From positions 32,001 through 96,000 of the forward strand of contig CAWAAX010000011.1 in assembly GCA_963780225.1 (NCBI GenBank): a DNA stretch of 64,000 nucleotides, in the 5' to 3' direction. Under the pieces are notes generated by a model, which made no database searches, was not told the DNA's origin, and was given only the letters and a program-made list of their open reading frames with translations. Shown piece by piece: positions 27,233-37,400 of this stretch. The DNA is from an uncultured bacterium. Lineage in GTDB: Bacteria > Edwardsbacteria > AC1 > EtOH8. Position numbers and translations under genes: made by a program. The number at the start of each line of letters is the position of its first letter. Position 1 is the first letter of the stretch.

Positions 27233-28348
27233 TTAAACCAGATCCACCGCCAGTCCATCGGCCAGCAACAAGCCTTTGGAAGTAAGGCGCAGGTTTTTTT
27301 TATTCCATTCTGCCCAGCCCCGTTCTTTCCAGCCAAGCCAGACCTGCGGCTTATACTCCAAGGGAGATATCCCGAATTTACTTTGAAATCTTTTTATATC
27401 TATCCCCCGGACCGTCCGCAATCCCAGAAACAGGGTTTCAAACTTTTGTTGCCCCGGCGAAAGGGTTTCCCGGAAATCGGCCGGGTTTTGGCCGCCGATG
27501 ACCGACCGGATGTACCTTTCAACATTCTTTTTGTTACTCCATCTTTTGCCGGCCCGGTGCGAATGGGCTCCAGCCCCAAAGCCCAGGTAATCGCCGGCCT
27601 GCCAGTAATTGATATTATGTTTGGAGCAAAATCCTTTGCGGGAAAAATTAGAAACCTCGTAGCGTTTAAGCCCGGCCCGGTCCAGCCGGTCGACCGCCTC
27701 CAGGTACATGTCGGCTTCAAGCTCTTCGCCGCAGGGTGTTATTCTGCCATCTGCTTTTTGCTTTTTGAGTTCCGTATTCTTCTCGTAGGTCAATGAATAA
27801 AGTGACAGGTGGGCGGGACCAAACGCCAAGGCTCGCTCCAGGTCTGCTTTCCATCCTTCCAGGGATTGCTCCGGCAGGGCATAAATCAGGTCGATGCTGA
27901 TGTTGGCAAAACCGGCTTTTACCCCCAGTTCAAAGGCCTTGGAGGCCTGGCGGCCGGTATGGACCCGTCCGATCCGTTTCAGCAATGCATCGTTAAAGGA
28001 CTGCACTCCCAGGCTTAAGCGGTTGAAACCCATTTCCCTTAAGGAGCTCAATTTTTCCAACGTGACTGTTCCGGGATTAGCCTCTATGGTCAATTCGGTA
28101 TCCGGAGCCCAGGGCCGCAGCGCGTTCAGTGCCGATTCGATCAGCTTAGCCGGCGCGACGGTGGGTGTGCCTCCGCCAAAATATATTGTCTTTATTTTAG
28201 TGATTTCATTTCTGTGATCATTGATCTCCCGAATCAGGGCCTGGAAATACTTTTTTAGCTCATCCGGTTGCTCCAGCGGCTGAGAGTTGAAACCGCAATA
28301 ATGACACTTGGCTATGCAGAAGGGAATATGGACGTAAACGGAGTTCAT
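27233..28348 (-). CDS. hemW: Radical SAM heme chaperone HemW
   Basis: YVHIPFCIAKCHYCGF, TIYFGGGTPT, TIEANP, RLSLGVQSF, YEVSNF, HN.NYW. Confidence 0.93.
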   Translation of the reverse strand: MNSVYVHIPFCIAKCHYCGFNSQPLEQPDELKKYFQALIREINDHRNEITKIKTIYFGGGTPTVAPAKLIESALNALRPWAPDTELTIEANPGTVTLEKLSSLREMGFNRLSLGVQSFNDALLKRIGRVHTGRQASKAFELGVKAGFANISIDLIYALPEQSLEGWKADLERALAFGPAHLSLYSLTYEKNTELKKQKADGRITPCGEELEADMYLEAVDRLDRAGLKRYEVSNFSRKGFCSKHNINYWQAGDYLGFGAGAHSHRAGKRWSNKKNVERYIRSVIGGQNPADFRETLSPGQQKFETLFLGLRTVRGIDIKRFQSKFGISPLEYKPQVWLGWKERGWAEWNKKNLRLTSKGLLLADGLAVDLV

Positions 28349-28502
28349 AAATTATTAGAATTTTCGATTATGGTAGCAGACCTTATTACCTTATAACATT
28401 TTTCCTCAAAAGTCAAACTATTTGAAGAGGCCTTTAAAATATCTTTCCCCATCTTTAAGATATCCCCTTGACTTTTGGGCTGAAATTTGACATCATTAAA
28501 AT

Positions 28503-30284
28503 ATGTTCAAGTTTTTTACGCTAACCACACTATTGCTGATCGCTTTTTCCCCGGCCCTGGGGCAGATCGAACCGGCCTCCGATATTCCAGCCGGGGCGGG
28601 TTTCGATTTCATTACCGTCCTTTCCCCCCCGCCGGATTCCACCCTGTCCCAGGATGAGCCGTTGGAGATCTCCCTGCTGCTGTCGGACCTGCAGGGTTAT
28701 TCTCTGACCCTGCTGTTGGATAGTGTGGACATAACCGCTAGGGCCCAAATCACCGATGACTATCTTTATTATCTTTCGGACTTTGCCCCTCAGCCCGGAC
28801 AGCATCAAATAAGATTGACAGTACTAAGCGGACAGGATCCCGTTTTCTCACACAGCTGGGTATTTTATGCTCCAAAAGTTTTATCTGCTCCGGAATATGC
28901 CTTACCCTGGAATATTTGGGCTGGGCTGGGCTGGCAATACTCGGATTGTAGCGCCGATAGTGCTGGGTTGGGCCTCTCATTCCCCGTCGGTTTTCTGCCC
29001 AAGGCCGAGCTTTCGTTGTCTGGTCTGCTGGGCCGGGGGAATCTCTCCGGCAATCTCTTCTATGACCCGGCTTACGACAAATATGCACACGGCCAGCTAC
29101 AGTTTTCCCATCCCCAGTGGGAGCTTTGGCTGGGGGAGTTCTACCCCCGGCTTTCGGAACTGGCTTTTTCCGGGCTTTCTCCCCTGGGTGGTTCCGGGAC
29201 ATATAAGAACGGCCGACTAAAAATCGACCTGCTGGCCTGCCGCTCCCAATCGGCCGATACCGGCTACCAGACCTTTGCCCAGTATATCTACGGCGGCCAA
29301 AGCATATTGGAGCTGAGCGACAGCCTGATCTTTTCGGCCGGATACTTTTCCGGCTCTGATGATCCTTACTCCCTGCCGGACTCGATAAGGTATAAGACCA
29401 GCTCCTATGTCTACAGCGACTCACTGCTGGGAATTTCCGATACCATAATATCGGTGGACACCCTCCACCCGGGCCGGAATCAACTAATGCTGCTGTCTCT
29501 GTCCTTTCCGTTTAAAAGCCTGCTCTTATCCGGAGAATTCATCCGCACCCGTTTGATCCCCGATACCGGGGAAACAGTTTACGGCCATGGTTACTCGGCC
29601 GGCACTAAGATTCCTCGGAAAAGACAACTTTGGGAAGTCAGATATATTTCCTTGGGCCAGTATTTTTACAGTTTTGGAAACCCCTACGCCGAGGCGGCCA
29701 AGAACGAACTATCCCTGACCCAGGAGGCCAAGTGGAATAAGATATTAAGCACTCAGGCCTACGCTTCGGCCTATAAAATATTTACCGATTCCGCCGCCGG
29801 CAACAGCTATAAGGCCGGAGCCTCGTTGCGGCTGTCCAATCCTGGCCCTGACCAGTGTTTTTCCGGTTTTTCCCTTAACCTTGAATACAACCTCCGGCCC
29901 TATACCGGCTACCTCTATCAAAGCCGCAGCTTGGGAGTCGGCTTGAACTTAAAATGGAAAATAATCCGTATCTCGCCTCTCTATTCTTATTCTGCCAGTC
30001 AAAGCGACCGGCTGACCCAGTCCCATTCGGCCAATCTTGATCTGAATTTCACGGCCAGCAGAATCTGGCAGATCCATTCCGGCTATCAGTACTACCAACT
30101 TCGGGACGATCTGAACTCCGTCGATCAACTCAAAAATACGGGTTATCTCAAGAATACGATCAGCCTGGGATCCAGATTATCGCTGGAACTGGGAGTCAAG
30201 CAGATCAATAAAACCGACCGGCTGGACTTATCCAAATCATATCGCCAGCGCCTGGCCTGGATAAATCTGGGATACCGCTTTTAA
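28503..30284 (+). CDS. Putative outer-membrane beta-barrel protein with N-terminal Ig-like domain
   Basis: Signal peptide; alternating aromatic/Gly strands; C-terminal WINLGYRF barrel-type terminus. Confidence 0.7.
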   Translation: MFKFFTLTTLLLIAFSPALGQIEPASDIPAGAGFDFITVLSPPPDSTLSQDEPLEISLLLSDLQGYSLTLLLDSVDITARAQITDDYLYYLSDFAPQPGQHQIRLTVLSGQDPVFSHSWVFYAPKVLSAPEYALPWNIWAGLGWQYSDCSADSAGLGLSFPVGFLPKAELSLSGLLGRGNLSGNLFYDPAYDKYAHGQLQFSHPQWELWLGEFYPRLSELAFSGLSPLGGSGTYKNGRLKIDLLACRSQSADTGYQTFAQYIYGGQSILELSDSLIFSAGYFSGSDDPYSLPDSIRYKTSSYVYSDSLLGISDTIISVDTLHPGRNQLMLLSLSFPFKSLLLSGEFIRTRLIPDTGETVYGHGYSAGTKIPRKRQLWEVRYISLGQYFYSFGNPYAEAAKNELSLTQEAKWNKILSTQAYASAYKIFTDSAAGNSYKAGASLRLSNPGPDQCFSGFSLNLEYNLRPYTGYLYQSRSLGVGLNLKWKIIRISPLYSYSASQSDRLTQSHSANLDLNFTASRIWQIHSGYQYYQLRDDLNSVDQLKNTGYLKNTISLGSRLSLELGVKQINKTDRLDLSKSYRQRLAWINLGYRF

Positions 30285-30444
30285 GATGCCGTGGAAAAGC
30301 CTGATATTACCTTGCCATTTCTACTGTAGTTACACACTAAGTCGTTCCGCCAAAAGACTTTATGGCCTATCTGGCTTTGGCGTTTAAATTATGTTCTTAT
30401 CCGGGAACTATAGGAGGTTAAAACGGCTCTAACTTTAAGCCAAT

Positions 30445-31008
30445 ATGACTGAAAACAGCAAGATAGAATTTGATCAGATAGTCCAGAGATACGATAAGCG
30501 GCTTTTTAATTTGCTCTTTCGTTTGTCGGGCGATTATGACCTGGCCCAGGACTTGGCTCAGGAAGTTTTCCTGATCGCTTATAAGGAGTACTCCAAATTT
30601 CGCGGTGAATCCGATTTTTTTACCTGGCTTTACCGGATAGCGGTCAACCATCACCGCAGGTATTTAAGGAAACAAAAAGTAAGATCTTTCTTTGGTCTGG
30701 GCGAAAGAATGCCCGAAGAAGAAGTGTCCGACCCCGGGGCCCTGGAACAGATGGAAAATATCGAAAAAATATCCCAGGATAAGATTATCCGGCAGGCGGT
30801 GGCCGAACTGCCGGTGGAATTCAAAGAAACAGTGGTGCTGTATTATTTTGAGGACCAGGCTTGCGATGATATCGCCAAAATATTGAACTGCTCTCCGGGC
30901 ACCATAAAATCACGTTTGTGGCGGGGCCGCCAGATTCTGGCTCAAAAGCTTAAAGGCTTAAATGCCGCCAATAATCAGGGAGAAGAAAATGAACTGTCCG
31001 CAAATTAA
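30445..31008 (+). CDS. ECF RNA polymerase sigma factor
   Basis: AQDLAQEVF, F.TWLYRIAVN, IA.IL..SPGTIKSRL.RGR. Confidence 0.92.
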   Translation: MTENSKIEFDQIVQRYDKRLFNLLFRLSGDYDLAQDLAQEVFLIAYKEYSKFRGESDFFTWLYRIAVNHHRRYLRKQKVRSFFGLGERMPEEEVSDPGALEQMENIEKISQDKIIRQAVAELPVEFKETVVLYYFEDQACDDIAKILNCSPGTIKSRLWRGRQILAQKLKGLNAANNQGEENELSAN

Positions 31009-31711
31009 AATATTTTTCCGGGAAAATCCCGCCGGCTCTTTGCCGCCCCAGGCCCAAAGCCATATCCGGGAATGCCCCGCCTGCCGGGCTTTGGTACAAG
31101 AGCAAAACCATCTGGAATCGCTTCTGCGGAATCAGCCCCGGACCGAACTTCCCCCCTATTTCCAAGCCAAGCTATGGGCCAGGATAAATCAAGCCGAAGC
31201 CAAACCGCAGTTTTTTGCATTACGGTCCGCCCGGTTTTCCCTGGCTGCTTCGGCACTGATGATCGCCACTGTGTTGCTGCTGTTTTTACAGACTCCTATC
31301 CCTGAAAACATTTATGCCCCCCAGGCGGTGATCCAAAATCCGCCATCATCCCTTAATACGGATAATGAACCCCGCTTACCGGCGGTTACCATCACCGCCA
31401 AAGATCCGGCCGTCCGGGAACCCAGTCGGATCTATCCCGTATGGCCCGGAGATCAGGATGTGGCCGAGAGCCGGAATCTGAGTATCGTAGCCTCATTTTA
31501 TCCGGCATCCCGGACCCGTGACCGGATAAAAGTAAGCATCGACGACCAGCCCCTATCTTCAGCCCAGTACCAACTTAAGGAAGATTATTTGACCATCGCC
31601 CCTAAAAGCCTGGCACCCGGCCAGCATGTGGTTCTGGTATCTTTAACCGACCTTGAGGGGCGGGAGACCAACAAAAGCTGGAGCTTTTATCTGCTGGAGG
31701 AATTATCATGA
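30989..31711 (+). CDS. Zinc-binding membrane anti-sigma factor (ZAS) with periplasmic Ig-like domain
   Basis: MNC...SHIRECPAC (HxxxCxxC); one TM segment (LAASALMIATVLLLFL); overlaps the sigma gene stop. Confidence 0.82.
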   Translation: MNCPQIKIFFRENPAGSLPPQAQSHIRECPACRALVQEQNHLESLLRNQPRTELPPYFQAKLWARINQAEAKPQFFALRSARFSLAASALMIATVLLLFLQTPIPENIYAPQAVIQNPPSSLNTDNEPRLPAVTITAKDPAVREPSRIYPVWPGDQDVAESRNLSIVASFYPASRTRDRIKVSIDDQPLSSAQYQLKEDYLTIAPKSLAPGQHVVLVSLTDLEGRETNKSWSFYLLEELS

Positions 31712-33105
31712 AAAAATTTATCTTAATCATCTTGCTCTTGGCCGCAGCCGTAGTTATTGCCCCGGCCCAGCAGTTGGAAGTATCTCCCAACCCGGCCGAA
31801 GTTCTGCCCACAGGAACGCTCCAGTTCTCGGTACTGAACCAGGAACAGGTGAAGATCATTTGGCAGGTGCTTCCGCCGTCTCTGGGATCCATCGATGTTG
31901 ACGGACGATTTACCGCCGGAAAATATGCCGGGCAGGGAATCGTACGGGCCACTGTCCATAACGGCGATAAACTATTTCTGGGCCACGCCCTGATCAAGGT
32001 AGCACCCGGCAAAGCCCTTGAATTAGCCGTCAAAGTAACCCCGGCCCAAGCCCGGCTGAAACCCGGTGCCGTAGAAAATTTTTCGGCTCAAGTCAGCTAT
32101 CTTAACGGGGATCCGGCCACAGCCCCCGTTGTTTCCTGGCAAGTGGTGCCGGCCGGCCTGGGAACCATGGACCAAAACGGAAATTTTACTGCTTTGAATC
32201 CAGGTACCGGGCGGGTAGTGGCCCTGGTCAAATCCGATATATCTAAAGGCCTGGGACAGGCCAAAATAACCGTGGGATCAAAACTGAGATATCAGAAGCT
32301 GTTGGTAGAGATGAGCCCCCTTAAGGCAAACATTAAGCCCGGTGACAATGCTGTTTTTTTGGTTGCTGTCAGTGACCAGGACGGCAAACCGACAGCCGCC
32401 AGGCTGGAGTACCAAGTAGAGCCTTCAACCTTAGGGAGCATAGACATATCCGGTAATTTCACGGCCGGTAAAAAACCAGGAATAGGGATGGTCACGGTAT
32501 CGGCCAAGAACGAAAATGGGGCAGGAACGGCTAAATCTCTGGTGGTGGTGGAAGAAAAAATCCAGCGGTATACTATTAAGCTAAAACCGCGGCAGTCCTT
32601 GTTGGAGCCGGGGCAGTCGCTTGAATTTACCACCGAAGCCTTTGACAACAACGGCAACCAGGTTATCCCCCCTTACTGGATATGGAAGGTGATTCCGGAA
32701 AAACTGGGAGAGATTTCTCCCCAGGGTATTTTTACTGCCGGACATAAAGCAGGCCAGGGAAAAGTGGTGGCAACGCTTCCGCCCCAGTTCGGCCAGGGCC
32801 AGTCATCTTCCTCCATCCGGATAAAACCAGGCCAGCCTCTGCGGGTTAAAATTGATCCTCCGGCCGCCATGTTACTGCCGGCCCAGGCTCAACAGTTCAC
32901 CGCCACCGTATTTTCAGCCGAGGGCCAGCCCTTGCCAGATGTCAAAGTGGTATGGAAGGTATCACCTGAAGGAGTTGGGACTATAAACCAAAACGGAGTA
33001 TTCAGAGCTAGTGCCCAGTCGGATAAAAAGGGAATAGTGGTCGCCCTGGTGCCTCTCCAGCAGGGCGGTGGCCAAGGCATTGCCGAAATAAGCATATCCA
33101 AATAA
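31708..33105 (+). CDS. Secreted protein made of five Ig-like (BIG2-like) repeats
   Basis: Signal peptide; five repeats of V.P..A.L.PG....F......W.V.P...G.I...G.FTA....G.G.V.A. Confidence 0.8.
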   Translation: MKKFILIILLLAAAVVIAPAQQLEVSPNPAEVLPTGTLQFSVLNQEQVKIIWQVLPPSLGSIDVDGRFTAGKYAGQGIVRATVHNGDKLFLGHALIKVAPGKALELAVKVTPAQARLKPGAVENFSAQVSYLNGDPATAPVVSWQVVPAGLGTMDQNGNFTALNPGTGRVVALVKSDISKGLGQAKITVGSKLRYQKLLVEMSPLKANIKPGDNAVFLVAVSDQDGKPTAARLEYQVEPSTLGSIDISGNFTAGKKPGIGMVTVSAKNENGAGTAKSLVVVEEKIQRYTIKLKPRQSLLEPGQSLEFTTEAFDNNGNQVIPPYWIWKVIPEKLGEISPQGIFTAGHKAGQGKVVATLPPQFGQGQSSSSIRIKPGQPLRVKIDPPAAMLLPAQAQQFTATVFSAEGQPLPDVKVVWKVSPEGVGTINQNGVFRASAQSDKKGIVVALVPLQQGGGQGIAEISISK

Positions 33106-33255
33106 AAACAACCCTAACCGGGCCAATTACGGGAAAGCCCAATAAAGTAAATTCTGTAATTGATCCATATGGTTCCCCGCCACACATCTCATACATATAT
33201 GTTAAATTGGGCAGATAGGATCAGATCACTATTGCGAATTGACATCATGACCGGC

Positions 33256-33286
33256 AAAAAACCCCGCCTTACGGCGGGGTTTTTTT
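33256..33286. terminator. Bidirectional intrinsic terminator
   Basis: AAAAAACCCCGCC-TTAC-GGCGGGGTTTTTTT between convergent genes. Confidence 0.85.
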
Positions 33287-33306
33287 ATGACGATAGTCTG
33301 AGAATT

Positions 33307-34482
33307 CTACCTTTTGGCCTTTGGTGCTGCCTTGGCCTTGAAAACTTTCTTGCGCATATTGAGCCTTTTGTGCTCTTCTTTTGGTTTTGGGGTCTCGTCT
33401 TTTTCGGCCGTTTTTTCTTCCTGTCTTTTAAATATATTCCGGTCATCCCGCTTCATCACAATTATCCCGTAGATGATGGTCTGGCCCACTACCGTGGCAG
33501 CCGCAGCATACGAAAGCACCAACAGCCGGACCAGGTTTAGTGACATCCCCATCAAAAAGGCCGAAATGTGCCCGGACCAGTTTAGGGCCGGAGTATTCAG
33601 AAGATACAGCCCTTGGTTAAATCCCCATCCCTGCAGGGCGCCCAGCATTACATTCAGCACCATCGGCGGAGTATAAAGATTGAAGGCGGCGGCGCCCAGG
33701 TCTAAAAATCTTTGCCCCATGAAGGCCCCCAGCAGTTTGTAGGAGATCATCACCGCATGGTGACTGAACAGGGCAAAGAGCCCGAAACCCAACAGCACCA
33801 CTAATTTCAACAAACCGCTGTAAACCACCAGCCTCCAGGGCTGGGAGGTCATGGCGGAGAATATCTCAAAAAGATTGTCAAAGGTGTCCCCCTTGGTCGC
33901 TCCGGCCACTATCGGGGAATAGAACAGGGCCGCCAACAGGGCCGCCAGCAGAAAGGTCAGAAACAGGCAGACCAGATAAATGGGAATGGCCAGGGCCGAA
34001 ACCGTCAGCTCGCCCAGATAGGGTATCCGGCCCCACAACCCCAGTACCAGTCCGCCCAAAACCAGAAAAGCAATAAATGTAACTATCACCAGCGGCGCGC
34101 CCAGCACCGCCTTCCAGCCTTGTTTTACAAACGTGACCGCTTCCTTGACCTCGTAAAATTCGTTGCCCGAGAGCTGTTCAGCGGTGATCCTGGCCACCAC
34201 AGACGAGGTCAGCATGTAGCTGATGCCCAGTCCGGCGGCACCCAGGAACCAGAGGGCCCAGGCCCCAAAACCAAAGTCCGACCAAGGCAGCGGCAGCAGC
34301 CCGAACATGGCCCAGGTATCGGCCAGGGAACGGCCGGCGGCGGCATGGGCCAGATAACTGAACATGTTATAGATTGCCAGACCCAACAGGAGGCCGCAGA
34401 AAAAAGTCCAGATCTTTTTGGGCGAAAAACCAAGCCGGGCCGCCCTAAACACGTCCTTAAAATTAAAATACATTTTAAGCAT
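33307..34482 (-). CDS. Polytopic membrane protein of unknown function
   Basis: 391-aa ORF with multiple hydrophobic segments and a basic C-terminal tail; GGAGG RBS. Confidence 0.75.
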   Translation of the reverse strand: MLKMYFNFKDVFRAARLGFSPKKIWTFFCGLLLGLAIYNMFSYLAHAAAGRSLADTWAMFGLLPLPWSDFGFGAWALWFLGAAGLGISYMLTSSVVARITAEQLSGNEFYEVKEAVTFVKQGWKAVLGAPLVIVTFIAFLVLGGLVLGLWGRIPYLGELTVSALAIPIYLVCLFLTFLLAALLAALFYSPIVAGATKGDTFDNLFEIFSAMTSQPWRLVVYSGLLKLVVLLGFGLFALFSHHAVMISYKLLGAFMGQRFLDLGAAAFNLYTPPMVLNVMLGALQGWGFNQGLYLLNTPALNWSGHISAFLMGMSLNLVRLLVLSYAAAATVVGQTIIYGIIVMKRDDRNIFKRQEEKTAEKDETPKPKEEHKRLNMRKKVFKAKAAPKAKR

Positions 34483-34533
34483 GGGCTTTATTCCTCCTGT
34501 TTTTTGGGTTTGTATGATTCGCCGTAATGGTTT

Positions 34534-36138
34534 TTAACCCAGGTATTCCACCAGCATCTGGCAGATGTAGTCCTCAATCCGGCGGGCCAGCTTGGCCCGG
34601 TATATATTGTTGACCATGATGGAGAAGGCGAACATCTTTCCGTTCTTGGCGGTCAGGTAGCCGGACAAGGCCGAAACCCCGCCGATTGATCCGGTCTTGG
34701 CGTACACCCGGCCCGAGACCTTGGGGCCGGAAAGCCGGCTGGTCAGTGTCCCGTCAATTCCCCCGATGGCCAGGGAATTGTAAAAATCCTCCCAGTAGGG
34801 CTGGTTAGACATGAACTTCAGCAGATTCACCACCTGCTGGGGGGAGACCGTGTTCAGCCGGGAGAGTCCGCAGCCGTCATAAAGATCTATTGTTCCCAAA
34901 CCCATCTGCGCAGTGATGGCCCGCTCGGAGAGCGAACCCTGCTGGCGGCTTCCTTCGCCCCCCATCTCGGAGCCTATGGTGTTGAGCAGGGCCTCGGCAT
35001 ATAGATTGTGGCTGTTCTTGTTGATGATCTTGATGATCTCGGAAAGCGGAGGCGAATAATTGGCGTAGATCAGTTCCGCCTGCTGCTTCAGGGCTAACGG
35101 CTTGTCGGTCAGGGCCAGTCCCTGGCCCGAGATCGTGATCCCCTTGTCCTGCAGCACCGCAGCAAACACCCGGGCAAAGTGACCTTGGGGATCCTTGGCC
35201 ACGAATAAGAATCTTTTGCTGGAACCTTGGGCCAGGGTTCCGGTTATCTTCAAAGCTACCCCGTCAAAACTTGCATAGGCCTTGCCTACATTGTAGACCT
35301 TGCGCGTCTTAGTAACCAGCTTGCCGCTCTTGTCCTTAACCTGACGGGTGACGGTACTGCTGCTGCCTTTGATGGTCCGGCTGAGGTTCTTTACCCTAAC
35401 GATCATGGGGGGATCGGTGGAAACCCTTAATGGCTTGCCCAGTTGCCCCCCAGAAATGGTGACCGCCACCAGGTTATCGCGATAAGAAAGCCCGGAAATC
35501 TGCCAAGCCATCCGTTTTTTGGATTTTACCATCTTATTGGTGGCCCGGGGCACCATGGAAACGATCTTCTCAGGAATGAAATTCCCCTCATCGCCGATGA
35601 TATCCCCATCTACTGCCGTGATCCCCTGGGATTTTATGCTATCGGCCCATTCCTCCAGCAGGGCCAGCTCGCTGATAGTGGGATCCCCTGACCCCTTGAT
35701 GATCAGGTCCCCGTGCAGCACCCCAAAGGAATCTATCTCACCCAAAGCAAAGATCTCGGTCTGGTAGGAATAATTGGGACCCAGCTGTTCCAGGGCCGCT
35801 GCGGTGGTGAATAATTTGGCGTTGGAAGCCGGAATGAACTTGCCTTGGGAATTATGCTGGTAGATGATGTCCCCGCTTTCCAGGTCCATCACCGCTATGC
35901 CCCACCGGCCCAGCCGGGGCAGTTTCTGGTCGAACAACTTGTCCAGGTCGTCCTGGATGTCTCCGGTAGGCTTGGGCATGTAAACCACCGACTGCCGCCG
36001 TTTGGTGGTTTTGGCGGCCTTGGTTTTTTTTGCGGTGGCCGCCTCCCCGGAGGAAAAAAGCAACGCCCCGCCCAAAATAATGGCCAAGGTTGACAGTATT
36101 ATTTTATTCAGGCGAAGCGTCAATTTTTTAATTATCAT
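34534..36138 (-). CDS. dacB: D-Ala-D-Ala carboxypeptidase/endopeptidase PBP4 (S13)
   Basis: PASNAKLFT (SxxK), GSGDP, SHNLYAE (SxN), DGCGLSR, AKTGS (KTG); likely start ATG at 36138. Confidence 0.93.
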   Translation of the reverse strand: MIIKKLTLRLNKIILSTLAIILGGALLFSSGEAATAKKTKAAKTTKRRQSVVYMPKPTGDIQDDLDKLFDQKLPRLGRWGIAVMDLESGDIIYQHNSQGKFIPASNAKLFTTAAALEQLGPNYSYQTEIFALGEIDSFGVLHGDLIIKGSGDPTISELALLEEWADSIKSQGITAVDGDIIGDEGNFIPEKIVSMVPRATNKMVKSKKRMAWQISGLSYRDNLVAVTISGGQLGKPLRVSTDPPMIVRVKNLSRTIKGSSSTVTRQVKDKSGKLVTKTRKVYNVGKAYASFDGVALKITGTLAQGSSKRFLFVAKDPQGHFARVFAAVLQDKGITISGQGLALTDKPLALKQQAELIYANYSPPLSEIIKIINKNSHNLYAEALLNTIGSEMGGEGSRQQGSLSERAITAQMGLGTIDLYDGCGLSRLNTVSPQQVVNLLKFMSNQPYWEDFYNSLAIGGIDGTLTSRLSGPKVSGRVYAKTGSIGGVSALSGYLTAKNGKMFAFSIMVNNIYRAKLARRIEDYICQMLVEYLG

Positions 36139-36140
36139 TT

Positions 36141-36632
36141 TTATCGATTGTTTCCCAAAAACAGGTAGGGCCGCCACCGCTGATCCGGCAACCCCAGATG
36201 ATATTGGATGAAGGTTATATAATGAGGATTTTTAGGGCGGCGCAACAGGTTCATTTTCACCTGAACCAGGCTGCGGTCACCCTTTTTGTTGTTGCAGGCC
36301 ACACAGGCACAGACCAGGTTCTCCCAACTGTCCTCCCCGCCCTGACTTTTGGGGATGACGTGATCGGCGGTCATAGAACCCTGGGTGGTGCCACAATACT
36401 GGCAGGTTCGGTTGTCGCGGCGGACGATGTTCTGTTTGCTCAGCCGGACGTTCTGGCGGGGCCGCTTAATATAACAGTTAAGCCGGACCACGCTGGGCAC
36501 CGTGAATTTCTGGCGCAGGCTTCGTACCAGATGCTCGCTTTGCTCTACTACTTCTGCTTTCTGTCGATACAGCATCAGAAGAGCCCGGCGGGCATTGCAA
36601 ACCGAGAGTGGTTCATAATTCTGGTTCAACAC
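36141..36632 (-). CDS. HNH endonuclease (McrA-like)
   Basis: LNQNYEPL, RDNRTCQYCG, DHVIPKSQGG..SWENLVCAC..CNNKKG; start codon uncertain. Confidence 0.88.
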   Translation of the reverse strand: MLNQNYEPLSVCNARRALLMLYRQKAEVVEQSEHLVRSLRQKFTVPSVVRLNCYIKRPRQNVRLSKQNIVRRDNRTCQYCGTTQGSMTADHVIPKSQGGEDSWENLVCACVACNNKKGDRSLVQVKMNLLRRPKNPHYITFIQYHLGLPDQRWRPYLFLGNNR

Positions 36633-36664
36633 CAGTACCTGCCGGTTAAGGCCGTTATGTAAGG

Positions 36665-37111
36665 CTACTGTTGCTGAGTTCCGCCCTCCTTATGTACAAA
36701 GAGTATTCTATGGGTATAGGTATTGAAGGGAAAGTATATCTCCACAGTATAGCTAATCTCTATCACCAGTCCCTGGGGAGTGCGGGTCATGTGATCCAAA
36801 AAATACTGCCTGGCCATTCCCTGATATTCTTTCACCTGTTCCGGGCTCTCGGGCTCATAAATATACTTTTTCCCGTCCTCCCCGACCACCTGGTAAAAAT
36901 AATCACCGCAGATCGGAATTTTGTCCAGAATGGCATTTTCGGACAGTTTGTCTGCTATGTTGTAGTCCGCTTCCGCATTGGCGGCCAGCACTGCTTCCTC
37001 CATCTTTCCCTTGATGTCGGCAAAGCGGATGTAGGGTAACACTATTTTAATGGACATATACAGGGCAAAACCCAGCAAAATCCATAATATCCATTTGACT
37101 ATTCTCGGCAT
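36665..37111 (-). CDS. Hypothetical protein with N-terminal TM anchor
   Basis: GGAGG RBS before MPRIVKWILWILLGFALY; no family recognised with certainty. Confidence 0.65.
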   Translation of the reverse strand: MPRIVKWILWILLGFALYMSIKIVLPYIRFADIKGKMEEAVLAANAEADYNIADKLSENAILDKIPICGDYFYQVVGEDGKKYIYEPESPEQVKEYQGMARQYFLDHMTRTPQGLVIEISYTVEIYFPFNTYTHRILFVHKEGGTQQQ

Positions 37112-37288
37112 TGGCTCCTCCGGATAAAAAGATGAGCACAAGCGTTGATACTTGTGCCCTGGATGTCTAAATATCTTACGCTTGTTGAATTGAATTGTTG
37201 ACCGGTTTTTGTAAAACCGACAAGCGTGGTTATGGCCCCGGGTTAAATCTGGTTTGCCTGCCGAAGTCCCCTAAATGCGGGCGAAGCC

Positions 37289-37368
37289 TGGTGGACCTGA
37301 GGGGAATCTGCGCCTCCGGCGCATCCGCCGTCGCTTTGCTGCCCTCTACGGCTGCCGGCGGAGAACCC
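37289..37368 (-). repeat. Duplicated tRNA-Ala 3' end interrupted in the T-loop by a 54-bp insert
   Basis: TGGTGGACCTGAGGGGAATC (37289-37308) equals 37401-37420; GAACCC resumes at 37363. Confidence 0.88.
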
Positions 37369-37400
37369 TGCAGCTTAGCTGCCCGGGGTTCTTATAAATA

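Noticed and set aside
36141..36632. HNH gene as a homing endonuclease or defence island
   Set aside because: It is the common stand-alone McrA-like type, in an operon-like arrangement with dacB and with host-like composition; no intron or mobile context.
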